From Burkholderiaceae bacterium (GTDB taxonomy: Bacteria > Pseudomonadota > Gammaproteobacteria > Burkholderiales > Burkholderiaceae_B): DNA of 64,000 nt. The translations under genes and the position numbers were made by a program. Below are positions 1-11,950 of this stretch, in pieces; position 1 is the first letter of the stretch, and every line of letters begins with the position of its first letter. The stretch covers positions 192,498 to 256,497 of the forward strand of contig SCSG01000020.1 of assembly GCA_004322135.1 (NCBI GenBank), in the 5' to 3' direction. The notes beneath the pieces were generated by a model that was given only the letters and a program-made list of their open reading frames with translations, was not told the DNA's origin and ran no database searches.

Positions 1-101
1 GCAGTACGCAAAATTGTACTGCGGAACGGGGCGTGCCGAGCTGTGGTGGTTTGTTGTGGCGGAGCCGCTTTTTTACGCCGATGGGGAGAAGTCCGTCGGG
101 G

Positions 102-512
102 TCAGGCGGCGCCTTTTTTGCGCATTCCGTCCAGGCTCCAGGAGCCCGGGCCCGCAAAGACAAGGTAGAGCATGATGAAGCACAGCAGAATAGGCGTTTC
201 GCCGCCGTTGGCAACCGGCAGGAAGAACGAGCCTTTGACAGCCACGTGACCGATGAAGTAGGCCGCTGCACCAAAGCCGGATCCGATAAATGCCGCCTGG
301 CGCACAAACAGGCCCAGGATGAGCAGTGCGCCGATGACGAGCTCAATGATGCCGGCTATGCCCAGAAGTGAAAACACGCCTACGTTGTCGAATACTGCCA
401 GGTGTGGTACGTGAAGCAGCTTGGCCAGGCCATGCCACAAAAGTAGATAGCCGGTGACGATGCGCAGGATGCCAAGTATGCGCGGGGTGCAGGCGACACA
501 TGTGTTGTTCAT
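102..512 (-). CDS. DoxX family inner-membrane protein
   Basis: 136-aa hydrophobic ORF with a DoxX-like N-terminal segment ILRIVTGYLLLWHGLAKLL and about 4 predicted TM helices. The 33..371(+) ORF is its antisense shadow. Confidence 0.7.
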   Translation of the reverse strand: MNNTCVACTPRILGILRIVTGYLLLWHGLAKLLHVPHLAVFDNVGVFSLLGIAGIIELVIGALLILGLFVRQAAFIGSGFGAAAYFIGHVAVKGSFFLPVANGGETPILLCFIMLYLVFAGPGSWSLDGMRKKGAA

Positions 513-686
513 GGATTTCCTTGGTGGCGGCGGTTGCTCGGAGAATATGTATTAGGGAGCCAGAGACGGCTGTTCATATCATAGCAAGGTATTTGAGCGA
601 GTACGGCGTGTTTGGCTGGTGATGGCGGTTGGGGACAGTTATGTCCGATAATAGTGTTTTTCCACCCCGAATCGTTGAGTCCACCT

Positions 687-1367
687 ATGGCCGTATCCGC
701 TTCCACACGCACCGATTTTGTTCGCTTTGCCGTAGAGCAGGGTGTTTTGCGATTTGGTCAGTTCAAGGTGAAGTCGGGGCGCATCAGCCCCTACTTTTTT
801 AATGCGGGGCTGTTCAATAAGGGCGTGTCGGTGGGCCGGCTGGCCAAGTTTTATGCCCAGGCGCTAGTGGATTCCGGCATCGAATTCGACATGCTTTTTG
901 GGCCCGCGTACAAGGGCATTCCGCTGGCCACTGCTACGGCTGTGGCGCTGGGAAGCGAGCCAGCCATGCGCGGCCGCGACATCCCGTTTGCCTTCAATCG
1001 CAAAGAGGCCAAGGATCACGGCGAGGGCGGGGTGCTGGTTGGTGCGCCACTTGAGGGGCGCGTGGTCATTATCGACGACGTGATTACTGCCGGAACGTCA
1101 GTGCGCGAATCGGTTGAAATCATTCGCCAGTCCAAGGCCAGACCCGCTGCCGTTCTGATCGCGCTGGACCGCATGGAGCGCGCCGGCTCCGACGATGCAT
1201 TATCCAAACATTCGGCGGTCCAGGACGTGGCAGCCACTTATGGGATCCCGGTAGTCAGCATCGCGTCGCTGAGCGATATCATGGCCCTACTGGAAGGCGA
1301 CACGCACCTTGCCGAACACCGGGGGGCTGTTGCAGCCTACCGCGCCAGATATGGCGTGGCAGACTGA
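687..1367 (+). CDS. pyrE: orotate phosphoribosyltransferase
   Basis: [21 protein letters not shown] plus PRPP-binding loop [13 protein letters not shown]. Start trimmed from the track ORF (612) to the ATG at 687 (MAVSAS...). Confidence 0.93.
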   Translation: MAVSASTRTDFVRFAVEQGVLRFGQFKVKSGRISPYFFNAGLFNKGVSVGRLAKFYAQALVDSGIEFDMLFGPAYKGIPLATATAVALGSEPAMRGRDIPFAFNRKEAKDHGEGGVLVGAPLEGRVVIIDDVITAGTSVRESVEIIRQSKARPAAVLIALDRMERAGSDDALSKHSAVQDVAATYGIPVVSIASLSDIMALLEGDTHLAEHRGAVAAYRARYGVAD

Positions 1368-1480
1368 GCACGTGGCTTTGCTTTCGCATGCTTTGCCTGG
1401 TCGATCGTTGTCGGACTGATCTTCGTCGGGCCCGGCACCGCCCCGTACTGTTGCCCCATTAATGCGCTGTTACCAGGTGC

Positions 1481-2935
1481 CTATCCCAGCTTTTCCTTGA
1501 GCAGGTCGTTGACTTGCTTGGGATTGGCCTTGCCCTTGGCGGCCTTCATGACTTGGCCAACCAGCGAGTTGAAGGCTTTCTGCTTGCCTGCACGGTACTC
1601 TTCGACGATGGCGGGATTGGCTTCCAGGACCTTGTCCACCATGCTTGAAATTGCACCGGTGTCACTGATTTGCTTCAGCCCTTTGGCTTCGATGATGGCA
1701 TCGGGGGTGCCGCCATTTTCGCCCGCCCACATGGCGGCAAAAACGTCGCGGGCGATTTTGTTGGAGATGGTGCCGTCGATGATGCGCAAGATGAGAGCCG
1801 CCAGTGCCGCTGGCCGGATGGGGCTTTGATCTATGGTGATGGCGTCGCGGTTGAGGTTGGCCGAGAGTTCGCCCAGCACCCAGTTGGCGGCGAGCTTGGC
1901 GTGTTCACGCGGCAAGGCCTGCGCGGTTTCTTCGAAGTAGGCGGCGTGAGCGCGTTCCAGGGTGAGTTGGGCGGCATCGTAGCCGGTCAGGCCCAGATCG
2001 GCTTCGAAGCGCGCACGTATTGATGCGGGCAGTTCGGGCATGCCGGATTTAATATGTTCGATCCATTCGGGCGCGATAAAAAGCGGAGGCAGATCAGGAT
2101 CGGGAAAATAGCGGTAGTCGTCCGCATCTTCCTTGGTGCGCATGCTGCGGGTTTCGTCGCGGTCGGCATCGTACAGGCGTGTTTCCTGCACCACCTTGCC
2201 GCCGTCCTCGATCAACTCGGTCTGGCGGCGTATCTCGTACTGAATGGCACGCTCCAGGAAGCGAAACGAATTGATGTTCTTGATCTCGCAGCGCGTGCCG
2301 AATTCAGCCTGGCCCTTGGGACGTATGGACACATTGGCGTCGCAGCGGAAGGAGCCTTCCTGCATGTTGCCGTCGCAGATGCCCAGCCACATGACCAGGC
2401 CGTGCAATGTGCGCGCGTAGGCGACGGCTTCTTCAGCCGAGCGCATTTCAGGTTCGGAGACGATTTCCAGCAGCGGGGTTCCGGCGCGGTTCAGGTCTAT
2501 ACCCGTGGACGACTCGCCATGTGGCCCGGTGAAGTGTTCGTGCAGCGATTTGCCGGCGTCTTCTTCAAGGTGGGCGCGTGTGAGGTTGATGGTTTTTTCC
2601 TGCTCATTCACAAAGAAGCGCAGTGAGCCACCCTGTACGACGGGGATTTCGAACTGGCTGATCTGGTAGTTTTTGGGCAGGTCGGGGTAGAAATAGTTTT
2701 TGCGCGCGAAGACCGAGCGAGGTGCGATATGGCCACCCAGTGCCAGGCCGAGCTTGATGGCGCATTCGACTGCGCCGCGGTTCAGCACGGGCAGGCTGCC
2801 CGGCAGTGCCATGTCCACTTCGTTGGCCTGGGTGTTGGGCGCCGCGCCGAATTGCGCGCTGCTGTTTGAAAAAATTTTTGATTTGGTCAGGAGCTGGGCA
2901 TGTGTTTCCAGCCCGATCACTGTTTCCCATTCCAT
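1481..2935 (-). CDS. gatB: Asp-tRNA(Asn)/Glu-tRNA(Gln) amidotransferase subunit B
   Basis: 484 aa. Canonical N-terminus [15 protein letters not shown] and C-terminal YqeY-like tail. Its start shares 1 nt with the gatA stop. Confidence 0.95.
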   Translation of the reverse strand: MEWETVIGLETHAQLLTKSKIFSNSSAQFGAAPNTQANEVDMALPGSLPVLNRGAVECAIKLGLALGGHIAPRSVFARKNYFYPDLPKNYQISQFEIPVVQGGSLRFFVNEQEKTINLTRAHLEEDAGKSLHEHFTGPHGESSTGIDLNRAGTPLLEIVSEPEMRSAEEAVAYARTLHGLVMWLGICDGNMQEGSFRCDANVSIRPKGQAEFGTRCEIKNINSFRFLERAIQYEIRRQTELIEDGGKVVQETRLYDADRDETRSMRTKEDADDYRYFPDPDLPPLFIAPEWIEHIKSGMPELPASIRARFEADLGLTGYDAAQLTLERAHAAYFEETAQALPREHAKLAANWVLGELSANLNRDAITIDQSPIRPAALAALILRIIDGTISNKIARDVFAAMWAGENGGTPDAIIEAKGLKQISDTGAISSMVDKVLEANPAIVEEYRAGKQKAFNSLVGQVMKAAKGKANPKQVNDLLKEKLG

Positions 2936-4467
2936 TATCGTTGTCCCGGTTTGCGTTGGTGCCAGTCGGTAGCCTGCTGGTAGCGGTCGGCAATGGCCAA
3001 CAGCTGGCCCTCGCGAAAGTAATTGCCGATGATTTGCAGGCCGATGGGCAAAGGGGCCGGGTCGGCACTGAAACCGCAGGGGATGGACATTGCCGGCAGG
3101 CCGGCCAGGCTGACTCCCAGTGTGTAGATGTCGGCGAGCCAGTCTGCCGTGGGGTCTTCGCGGTTGTCACCTATGCGTTTGGCGACGGTGGGCGTAACCG
3201 GGCCCATGATGACGTCGCAGTGTTCGGCGAAGGCCTGCTGGAAATCGTTGGCGATCATGCGGCGCACCCGCTGCGCCTGCAGATAGTAGGCGTCGTAGTA
3301 ACCTTGGCACAGGACGTAGGTGCCCACCAGAATCCGGCGCTTGACCTCTGGTCCGAAGCCTTCGGCGCGTGACCTGCTGGTCATGTCGGCAAGGTCGGTG
3401 TACGACTCGGCGCGATGGCCGTAGCGCACGCCGTCATAGCGAGAGAGGTTGCTGGATGCTTCGGCCGGAGCGATGACGTAATACGCGGGGATTGAAAGCC
3501 TTGTGCGTGGCAGTGAGATTTTGACGCGCCTGGCGCCAAGCGATTCGCAGGTTCGCAGCGCGTCGTCGACCGCCTGAGCAACATTGTCGGCCAGGCCATT
3601 GTTGAAGAATTCACTGGGTACGCCAATGCGCAGACCCTTCAGTGGCTGAGCACCTGCTGCGCTGAACTGTGCGCTGGTGGTGTCGAATTCGCCGCGAATG
3701 CGACCGGGCCGATTGGGGGCACCGTCGCATGACTCCAGGCTGGTTGAATCGCGCTCGTCATAGCCGCTCATGGGGTCGAGCAACTCGAGCAGGTCCAGGG
3801 CGTTGTGAGCAATAGGGCCAGCCTGGTCCAGGCTGGAACCGAAAGCCACCATGCCGAAGCGTGAAACCGTGCCGTAGGTGGGTTTGATGCCGCTGACACC
3901 GCAGAGCGCTGCGGGTTGGCGTACCGAGCCGCCGGTATCGGTGCCAGTGGAGGCCAGGACCAGACTGGCTGCGACTGCTGCCGCCGACCCGCCTGATGAT
4001 CCACCGGGCACTCTTTCAGGGTTCCAGGGGTTGTGGACGGGACCAAAGGCGGAATTTTCACTGCCGGAGCCCATGGCGAATTCGTCGCAGTTTAGTTTAC
4101 CCAGCGATACGGCGCCGACCTGCTGCAGGCGGCTGACCACCGTGGCGTCGAACGGACTGACGTAATTGGCCAGCATTTTGCTGGCGGCAGTCGTGCGCCA
4201 GCCGCGTGTTACAAACACGTCTTTGTGGGCGATGGGAATGCCGGTAAGGGCAGGGGCGCCGCCTTTTGCCAGTAGGGCATCGGCAGCGCGGGCTTGTTCC
4301 CGCGTCAAATCGGGGTCCACATGCAGGAAGGCGTTCAGACTGGTGCTGGCCTGGATGGCTTGCAAGGCGCTGTCTGCCACTTCAAGCGCGCTGATCTTGT
4401 GGTCACGCAACGCACGGCGCAGCGCGTCGATACTGCCGAATTCAGTATGTATGGGTAGGGATGACAT
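2935..4467 (-). CDS. gatA: Asp-tRNA(Asn)/Glu-tRNA(Gln) amidotransferase subunit A
   Basis: 510 aa with amidase signature [13 protein letters not shown]. Sits between gatC and gatB. Confidence 0.95.
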   Translation of the reverse strand: MSSLPIHTEFGSIDALRRALRDHKISALEVADSALQAIQASTSLNAFLHVDPDLTREQARAADALLAKGGAPALTGIPIAHKDVFVTRGWRTTAASKMLANYVSPFDATVVSRLQQVGAVSLGKLNCDEFAMGSGSENSAFGPVHNPWNPERVPGGSSGGSAAAVAASLVLASTGTDTGGSVRQPAALCGVSGIKPTYGTVSRFGMVAFGSSLDQAGPIAHNALDLLELLDPMSGYDERDSTSLESCDGAPNRPGRIRGEFDTTSAQFSAAGAQPLKGLRIGVPSEFFNNGLADNVAQAVDDALRTCESLGARRVKISLPRTRLSIPAYYVIAPAEASSNLSRYDGVRYGHRAESYTDLADMTSRSRAEGFGPEVKRRILVGTYVLCQGYYDAYYLQAQRVRRMIANDFQQAFAEHCDVIMGPVTPTVAKRIGDNREDPTADWLADIYTLGVSLAGLPAMSIPCGFSADPAPLPIGLQIIGNYFREGQLLAIADRYQQATDWHQRKPGQR

Positions 4468-4470
4468 GGG

Positions 4471-4782
4471 CTATTCGATAACCGTGGGTACCAGGAACAG
4501 GCCCTGCTCGTCGCTGGCGGGCGAGTTGGCCATCAGGGTTTTGCGCTGCTCGAGCGAGTGTGTGGGCGCGGCTTCGTCCACGCGCAGGCGTAGTGCAACC
4601 TTCTGGTGAGCCGAGAGGGGGTGGGCCATGGGTTCGACGCCTTTGGTGTCCACCGCCTGCAATTCGGTAATGAGGTTGAGGATGCCATTGAGTTCGTCCC
4701 GGGCGCGCGTGCTGTCTTTCTCGGAAATTGCAATACGTGCGAGCCGCGCTACGCGGGCGACGTCCTGATCGGTAATAGCCAT
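4471..4782 (-). CDS. gatC: Asp-tRNA(Asn)/Glu-tRNA(Gln) amidotransferase subunit C
   Basis: MAITDQDVARVARLARIAI..., about 103 aa, directly upstream of gatA. Start trimmed from 4851 to the ATG at 4782. Confidence 0.85.
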   Translation of the reverse strand: MAITDQDVARVARLARIAISEKDSTRARDELNGILNLITELQAVDTKGVEPMAHPLSAHQKVALRLRVDEAAPTHSLEQRKTLMANSPASDEQGLFLVPTVIE

Positions 4783-5016
4783 AAGTCGTAAAGCCGTAAA
4801 AAGGTTGGCCGGAAAAGGCGGACAGAAGGTACCGTCCGGATTCAGAACCATTAGGGTATACCCGTTACCAAAGTTAACTGGTCTGTAAAAGGCACGAATC
4901 AGGCTAAATTATAAGTTATCATTTAACGCTTAACCGTTAATGGCTAATCGTGTTCAACTTGCGCCCGAAAATAGCTATGCTAGTCAACGGGCTTTTTGTT
5001 TATCTGATTTCACTGA

Positions 5017-6069
<1,053 letters not shown>

Positions 6070-6132
6070 CCCAGATGCGCCTGGCGCCGCCACGACGGTA
6101 CCAAGCATTCTTCAAGCTTGGCATGGTTTGCA

Positions 6133-7032
6133 ATGCAAGGACAAGAACACGGCACGATCAGGCTGTTCAGGCGGGGGCCGACCGCTGAGTTCCGACTTTT
6201 TGTTTTTGTCCTGCTGTCCCTGTCGCTGCTGATGGTCGATTCGCGCTGGCGGGTGCTTGACCCCGCCCGGCAGGCCATTTCGGTGGCGTTGTACCCATTT
6301 CAGCGGCTGGTCCTCGCTCCACGCGACGCCATAGAAAGCATTGACAGCTGGCTCGACGCCGCGTCGCTGGCGCGTGCCGAAAATGAGGCGCTGCAGCGGC
6401 AGCACATAGAGCTTGCGCAGATTTCCACTCATTCGGTACAGCTTGCGGCCGAGAACCGCCTGCTGCGCCGTCTGCTCAATATTGCTGAAATGGTGCCCGA
6501 GTCGTCGGTGGCGGTTGAAGTGCTTTACGAGCCGCCCAACGCGTTTACGCATCATCTTGTGTTCAACAAGGGATCGAACAGCGGCATCAAGCCCGGGATG
6601 CCAGTCATTGACGAGGGCGGTGTTGTGGGGCAGGTGATGCGCGTTACGCCGTTCACCTCGGAAGCCGCGCTGCTTACCGACGAGAAGGTTTCCATTCCCG
6701 CTCAGGTGCTGCGCAACGGTTTGCGGGTCATTGTGTTTGGCGGAAGCACTTCGGGCAAGGTGGAAGTGCGTTACCTTACCAATGATTCGGACATTGTCGT
6801 GGGCGACACACTTATTACCAGCGGCGTAGGCGGCTATTTCCCGGCCGGACTGCTGGTAGCCAAGGTGGATTCCATAGAACGCGATGCAGCCAGCGGGTTT
6901 GCCGTCGCCACCGCCATGCCGTTGTCCCACCCCGAGCGGTATCGTCATTTCCTGGTGTTGCGAACCAGCACCGCCAACACTCAAGCTAGTCAGGAGGCCA
7001 AACTGAATGGTGCGTCATCCGACCAGCATTAA
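6133..7032 (+). CDS. mreC: rod shape-determining protein MreC
   Basis: N-terminal TM segment, coiled-coil region (ENEALQRQHIELAQ) and a beta-rich C-terminal domain, positioned after mreB. The start is uncertain: the ATG at 6133 is preferred over the TTG at 6118. Confidence 0.82.
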   Translation: MQGQEHGTIRLFRRGPTAEFRLFVFVLLSLSLLMVDSRWRVLDPARQAISVALYPFQRLVLAPRDAIESIDSWLDAASLARAENEALQRQHIELAQISTHSVQLAAENRLLRRLLNIAEMVPESSVAVEVLYEPPNAFTHHLVFNKGSNSGIKPGMPVIDEGGVVGQVMRVTPFTSEAALLTDEKVSIPAQVLRNGLRVIVFGGSTSGKVEVRYLTNDSDIVVGDTLITSGVGGYFPAGLLVAKVDSIERDAASGFAVATAMPLSHPERYRHFLVLRTSTANTQASQEAKLNGASSDQH

Positions 7033-7588
7033 GCCCACCGGTGCGGCGCATCACAAGTCGTCGCTCGTTTCGCTCGAACCTATCGATACTAGCCCGTTTC
7101 GTCGGGCGTCGTCGCCCGTGTTCGTGTGGGGATCCATACTGCTGGTCTGGCTCGTTTCGCTGTTGCCGTGGCGGTTGTGGCAGCCAGCGCCCGACCTGCT
7201 GCTGCTTGTCATTGCTTACTGGTGCCTGCATGAGCCGCACCGGGTCACCATGCTTACGGCCTTCATTTTTGGCCTGCTCATGGATGTGCACGACGCGGGT
7301 CTGCTGGGCGAGCAGGCTCTGGTCTACACACTCGTCGCCTATGGCGCCATTTCGTTGGCGCGCCGGTTGCAACACTTCAATTCGGTGGTGCAGGCCCTGC
7401 ACATGTTGTTTGTCATAGTGGGGGCCGAAGCGGTCTCGCGCCTGATCCATGCGTGGCTCGCGGGCGAGTGGGTGGGCTGGTCCTGGCTGTGGGCCGCCAT
7501 ATTTACTACCGTGTTGTGGCCCCTGGCCGACATCCTTCTGAATTTGCCGCAGCGGCGCCAGGAAGAGATCGATTCAGGCGCGTCCTGA
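7007..7588 (+). CDS. mreD: rod shape-determining protein MreD
   Basis: Polytopic hydrophobic ORF after mreC. CAGGAGG lies 9 nt upstream of the ATG at 7007. Overlaps the mreC 3' end. Confidence 0.75.
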   Translation: MVRHPTSIKPTGAAHHKSSLVSLEPIDTSPFRRASSPVFVWGSILLVWLVSLLPWRLWQPAPDLLLLVIAYWCLHEPHRVTMLTAFIFGLLMDVHDAGLLGEQALVYTLVAYGAISLARRLQHFNSVVQALHMLFVIVGAEAVSRLIHAWLAGEWVGWSWLWAAIFTTVLWPLADILLNLPQRRQEEIDSGAS

Positions 7589-7608
7589 ACTCGGGTCGAA
7601 ACGGCATT

Positions 7609-9741
7609 ATGTTCGAGTTCAAAAAAACCTCACTGCATCAGAAGCGTCAGGTCATGCTGCGCGTGGTCGTGGCAGGGGTGATTGCCGCACTGTGCTTTGG
7701 GTTGTTGATCGGACGCCTGTGGTATTTGCAGGTTGTCCGCTACGAAGGTTTTGCCGCGCGTGCCGATGAGAACCGCATTGCGGTGGTGCCCATTCCGCCG
7801 CGGCGTGGTGAGATCCTTGACCGCAACGGTGTCGTGCTGGCACGAAACTACCGCGACTACACGCTTGAAGTCGTGCCAGCGAACGTCGAGCGGAACATGG
7901 ATTCCATGCTGGATGCTCTGAACAAAATCGTTTATATAAGCCCATACAGCCGCAGGCGTTTTAAGCAGAGCCTGAGTCAATCGGGACGCTATGCCCATAT
8001 ACTGCTGCGCAATAATTTGAATGAGACTGAAGCGGCGTGGTTTGCCGCACACGCCTACGAGTTCCGTGGCGTCGAGCTGCGGGCGCGCTGGGTGCGCGAG
8101 TATCCGCAAGGGGAACTGGCGGCGCACGTATTGGGCTACGTGGGCCGCATCTCTGAGCGCGATAAGGCCATGCTTGAGAAAGAAGGGCGTGCAGGCAATT
8201 ATCGCGGCACCGATAGTATCGGCAGGAAGGGCGTGGAAAAAACTTGGGAAAAAGCCTTGCATGGGCGTACCGGTGTTGAAGAGGTCGAGGTGACAGCGAC
8301 GGGTCGGCCAGTGCGTACGCTCAAGCGTACTGACCCTGTGCCGGGCTCCGATGTGAAGCTCTCGCTGGATATCGGCCTTGAAAAAGTCGCCCAGGAACAG
8401 TTCGCGGGAAAGCGCGGCGCGTTGGTCGCCATTGACCCCAAAACCGGCGAGGTGCTGGCACTGGTGTCTTCACCGTCGTTCGACCCGAATTTATTCGTGA
8501 ACGGGATCGACGCCGAAAGTTGGCGTGAATTGAATGATTCACCCGACCATCCACTTATCGACAGGGCGGTTTCCAGCGCCTATCCAATCGGCTCGACGTA
8601 CAAGCCGTTTGTCGCGCTGGCCGCACTGCAGCTGAACAAGCGCTCGGCCACCCAGAAAATATCGGACCCGGGCTATTACGAGTTTGGTGGGCAGAAATTC
8701 CACAATGCGGGGGGTGCGGTGTATGGGCCGACCGATATGCATCGCGCCATCGTGGTGTCGTCCGATACCTATTTCTTCTCGCTGGGTCCGATCATAGGCG
8801 TGGACGCCTTGCACGACTTCACCAAGCAATTTGGCTTTGGTCAGATTACGGGCATTGACCTGGATGGCGAAAAGCGTGGGGTTCTGCCCTCGAAAGCATG
8901 GAAGCGCCACGCGTATAAAAACCCGGCCCAGAAGCGGTGGTACGCGGGCGAGTCCGTGTCGGTGGCGGTGGGCCAGGGTTATAACGCGTTCACATTGCTG
9001 CAGCTGGCACAGGCCACTTCCGTGCTGGCCAACAATGGCGTTTACATGAAGCCGCATCTCGTTAAGGACGTGCGCGACCCGAAGACTCATGCCTTCGTGC
9101 CGGTGCCGGACAAGCCGCTATATACAATCAAGCTCAAGCCCGAGAATCTGAAAGTCGTGCAGGACGCCATGGCCGATGTCATTCGTGTTGGCACAGCGCG
9201 ACGGGCGTTCGTGGGTGCAACGTATCAGGCAGCCGGCAAGACGGGTACGGCTCAGTTGTACAGTCTGCGTGGCAGTAAATATCATTCTTCGTCCGTCAGC
9301 GAGCGGCTGCGCGACCACGCGCTGTTCATGGCGTACGCGCCTTTCGATGACCCCAAGATTGCAGTGGCCCTTATTGTCGAAAATGGAGGCTGGGGCGCAT
9401 CGGTGGCCGCACCCATTGCACGTAAGGTGCTCGATTACTGGCTGTCGCCAAGCAGGAACACGGCCAACACGCTTATGGCGGGGGCGGCTGCGGGAAGAAA
9501 AGCGGCGAATGAAGCGGCAACCGCTGCCGCAGCAAAAACAGCAGCGAATGGAGCACCGTCTGGCGGCACAGCCGCCGCTGCGGTGGCGTCCGACGCGGCG
9601 TCGGAGGGAGGCCTGGGCGAGTCTCCCGATGCGGTGGTCAAGCCCGAAGACTTGCCACCTGAAGATTCTGGCGACGACAATGCGTCGTCCTCCTCTGATT
9701 CGCAGGACGACGCAGCCACGGCCGATGGAGATGCCCCATGA
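7609..9741 (+). CDS. mrdA: penicillin-binding protein 2 (elongasome transpeptidase) with low-complexity C-terminal tail
   Basis: SxxK motif STYK and a KTGTA motif, in mreBCD-mrdA-rodA order. Start trimmed to the ATG at 7609 (MFEFKK...). The last ~90 aa are Ala/Asp/Ser-rich low complexity. Confidence 0.92.
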   Translation: MFEFKKTSLHQKRQVMLRVVVAGVIAALCFGLLIGRLWYLQVVRYEGFAARADENRIAVVPIPPRRGEILDRNGVVLARNYRDYTLEVVPANVERNMDSMLDALNKIVYISPYSRRRFKQSLSQSGRYAHILLRNNLNETEAAWFAAHAYEFRGVELRARWVREYPQGELAAHVLGYVGRISERDKAMLEKEGRAGNYRGTDSIGRKGVEKTWEKALHGRTGVEEVEVTATGRPVRTLKRTDPVPGSDVKLSLDIGLEKVAQEQFAGKRGALVAIDPKTGEVLALVSSPSFDPNLFVNGIDAESWRELNDSPDHPLIDRAVSSAYPIGSTYKPFVALAALQLNKRSATQKISDPGYYEFGGQKFHNAGGAVYGPTDMHRAIVVSSDTYFFSLGPIIGVDALHDFTKQFGFGQITGIDLDGEKRGVLPSKAWKRHAYKNPAQKRWYAGESVSVAVGQGYNAFTLLQLAQATSVLANNGVYMKPHLVKDVRDPKTHAFVPVPDKPLYTIKLKPENLKVVQDAMADVIRVGTARRAFVGATYQAAGKTGTAQLYSLRGSKYHSSSVSERLRDHALFMAYAPFDDPKIAVALIVENGGWGASVAAPIARKVLDYWLSPSRNTANTLMAGAAAGRKAANEAATAAAAKTAANGAPSGGTAAAAVASDAASEGGLGESPDAVVKPEDLPPEDSGDDNASSSSDSQDDAATADGDAP

Positions 9742-10874
9742 AGCGCCTTCTGCAATGGGTCATCAGGGCGTTCATGGCGTTTGACTGGCCACTGCTGCTG
9801 ATACTGATGCTCATGGCCATGCTGGGCATGACCATCATGCATTCGGCAGTTGGCGGTACCGATTGGCGCTTTGCCGAGCAGTCCCGCAATTTCCTGTTGG
9901 CCTTCATCGTGATGTGGATGGTGGCCCTTATTCCTCCGCCGCAGTTGATGCGTCTTTCGCCGTACGTTTACGTGGTGGGCGTGCTGTTGCTGGTGGCCGT
10001 CGAATTTTTCGGCGAGACGAGCAAGGGTGCAACGCGCTGGTTGAACATGGGATTCGGGCGTATCCAGCCTTCCGAGATATCGAAAATCGCGGTGCCCATG
10101 TTGCTCGCTTGGTATTTTCATCGCCACCAGGGGAAGATCGGCTTGCTGGATTTCCTTGTGGCGGCGGTGCTGCTGCTGGTGCCGTTCGTGTTCATCGTCA
10201 GGCAGCCCGATCTGGGGACGGCGCTGCTGGTGTTCATGGCGGGATTCTGTGTCATTTATTTTGGTGGCCTGTCGTTCAAGCTGCTCGTGCCGGTTGCGGT
10301 CGTGGCGGTGATGGCAGTCGGCGCCGTGACGTATTACGAGAACCAGATCTGCCAACCCGATGTGGATTGGGTCGTGCTGCACGATTATCAGAAGCATCGA
10401 GTGTGCACGTTGCTCAATCCCAGCTCGGATCCGCTGGGCAAGGGGTTTCACACGATTCAGTCGATGATTGCGATCGGATCGGGCGGGGTTTACGGCAAGG
10501 GTTACATGCAGGGCACTCAGTCGCATCTGGATTTCATTCCCGAACGCACGACCGATTTTGTGTTTGCCGTCTTTGCTGAAGAATTCGGTTTGTATGGCGG
10601 GGTTTCGCTGCTGATTCTGTATACGCTGCTCATTGTGCGGGGGCTGGTCATTGCCGTGCGGGCGCACACCCAGTTTGGCCGCCTGCTCGCCGGGGCCATG
10701 GCCATGATGTTTTTTGTCTATGTATTCGTGAACATAGGCATGGTTACCGGCATCCTTCCCGTGGTGGGCGTTCCGTTGCCATTCATGAGCTATGGAGGTA
10801 CCGCGTTGATAACGCAGGGCGTTGCCTGCGGGATGTTGATGAGCATAAGCCGTTACAGGCCCGTGCGGCGTTAG
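9738..10874 (+). CDS. rodA: SEDS-family peptidoglycan glycosyltransferase RodA
   Basis: 378 aa polytopic protein with ...PERTTDFVFAVFAEEFG... and GILPVVGVPLPFMSYGG. ATGA overlap with the mrdA stop. Confidence 0.93.
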   Translation: MKRLLQWVIRAFMAFDWPLLLILMLMAMLGMTIMHSAVGGTDWRFAEQSRNFLLAFIVMWMVALIPPPQLMRLSPYVYVVGVLLLVAVEFFGETSKGATRWLNMGFGRIQPSEISKIAVPMLLAWYFHRHQGKIGLLDFLVAAVLLLVPFVFIVRQPDLGTALLVFMAGFCVIYFGGLSFKLLVPVAVVAVMAVGAVTYYENQICQPDVDWVVLHDYQKHRVCTLLNPSSDPLGKGFHTIQSMIAIGSGGVYGKGYMQGTQSHLDFIPERTTDFVFAVFAEEFGLYGGVSLLILYTLLIVRGLVIAVRAHTQFGRLLAGAMAMMFFVYVFVNIGMVTGILPVVGVPLPFMSYGGTALITQGVACGMLMSISRYRPVRR

Positions 10875-11950
10875 GCCGCAGCCTGGAACAGGCCAGCCAG
10901 TATCTTCCTGACCGGCGCGGGCAACGCCGCGCTGGCCAGGTCGCGGATGGCAATCCAGGCTTGATCAGTGCGGGGTTCGGCCAGCACGGTGGCACCAGCC
11001 TCGACGTGCCATGGCTCAATGTTCAGCTTGAAATGCGAGAAAGTGTGCCGCAGGCCAGCCATTCTGCATGTGTCGTCAGCTGTCAGCCCCATGTTGCGGC
11101 AGGTCTCACGCAGGGCGTGGGCATCATCGTATTGCGGCAGGCTCCATAGTCCGCCCCAGATTCCGCGTGATGGCCGTCGCTCCAGCAGGATGCGACCGTC
11201 ACTCTGAAGAATCAGCATGGCGCATTCGCGCTCTTCGACCTGCTTCTTCCTTTTTCGCACGGGCAGATCGGCCTGCCTGGACTCCACGCAGGCATAACAG
11301 CTTGCGGCCAGAGGGCAGGCGGCGCAATTGGGCTGACCGCGACTGCAGAGACTGGCGCCAAGGTCCATGAGCCCCTGCGTGTATGCCGTCATGTCCAAGT
11401 CGGGTGGTGCCGCATCCAATACCTTTTGCGCCGTTTCCCATAGCCGCCTTTCGGTTGCGCGTGTCGCCGGGTCGCCGAATATGCCGAAGTAGCGTGTGAA
11501 AACGCGTTTGACGTTGCCGTCCATGATGGGGTCGCGCTTGCCGTAGGCGAAGGCCGCGATGGCCGCGGCGGTAGAGCGTCCAATGCCCGGAAGCTGCATG
11601 ATCTGTTCGGCCTCGTGCGGGAATTGCCCGCCGTGGGTCTCGCAGATTTCGCGGGCGCACTGGTGCAGGTTGCGTGCGCGAGCGTAGTAGCCCAGGCCGG
11701 CCCAGTACGGCATGACTTCGTCCTGGGTGGCTTGTGCCAGCGCCTGCACCGTAGGAAAGCGCTTCAGGAATCGTTCGTAGTAGCCGATAGCGGTACTCAC
11801 CTGGGTCTGTTGCAGCATGATTTCCGACAGCCAGATCCGGTATGGGTCGTGGCTGTTCTGCCAGGGCAGATTGTTGCGTCCGGCAGCGCGTTGCCATTGC
11901 GCGATGGCGGTGGCAAATTCGTCTATGGCGAGTGCCTTGCCGGCAACCAT
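10871..11950 (-). CDS. mutY: A/G-specific adenine DNA glycosylase
   Basis: HhH-GPD region and a [4Fe-4S] loop C-x6-C-x2-C-x5-C (CSRGQPNCAACPLAASC), with a Nudix-like C-terminal domain. The start ATG shares 1 nt with the ftsX stop. Confidence 0.9.
   Translation of the reverse strand: MVAGKALAIDEFATAIAQWQRAAGRNNLPWQNSHDPYRIWLSEIMLQQTQVSTAIGYYERFLKRFPTVQALAQATQDEVMPYWAGLGYYARARNLHQCAREICETHGGQFPHEAEQIMQLPGIGRSTAAAIAAFAYGKRDPIMDGNVKRVFTRYFGIFGDPATRATERRLWETAQKVLDAAPPDLDMTAYTQGLMDLGASLCSRGQPNCAACPLAASCYACVESRQADLPVRKRKKQVEERECAMLILQSDGRILLERRPSRGIWGGLWSLPQYDDAHALRETCRNMGLTADDTCRMAGLRHTFSHFKLNIEPWHVEAGATVLAEPRTDQAWIAIRDLASAALPAPVRKILAGLFQAAA

Noticed and set aside
4854-4863. A perfect 10-bp palindrome GGGTATACCC and nearby TTAAC-C-GTTAA inverted repeat in the gatC/mreB divergent spacer, considered as a regulator site.
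   Set aside because: They are short, such palindromes are expected by chance in a 175-bp AT-rich spacer, and no regulator is known or encoded nearby. I noted them but did not promote them to a finding.
9435-10667. Many long ORFs run antisense to, or out of frame with, confidently identified genes. Examples are 9435..10667(-), 6112..6984(-), 13676..14575(-), 16155..17198(-), 23250..24383(-), 28172..29299(-), 31797..32852(-), 34160..35062(-), 37670..38782(-), 38856..39926(-), 40669..41598(-) upstream part, 53300..54115(-) and 55031..56419(-).
   Set aside because: They fully overlap genes with strong family motifs. Their translations are Arg/Pro/Gly/His-rich low-information strings typical of shadow frames in GC-rich DNA. 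None shows a recognisable motif or a start-site context.
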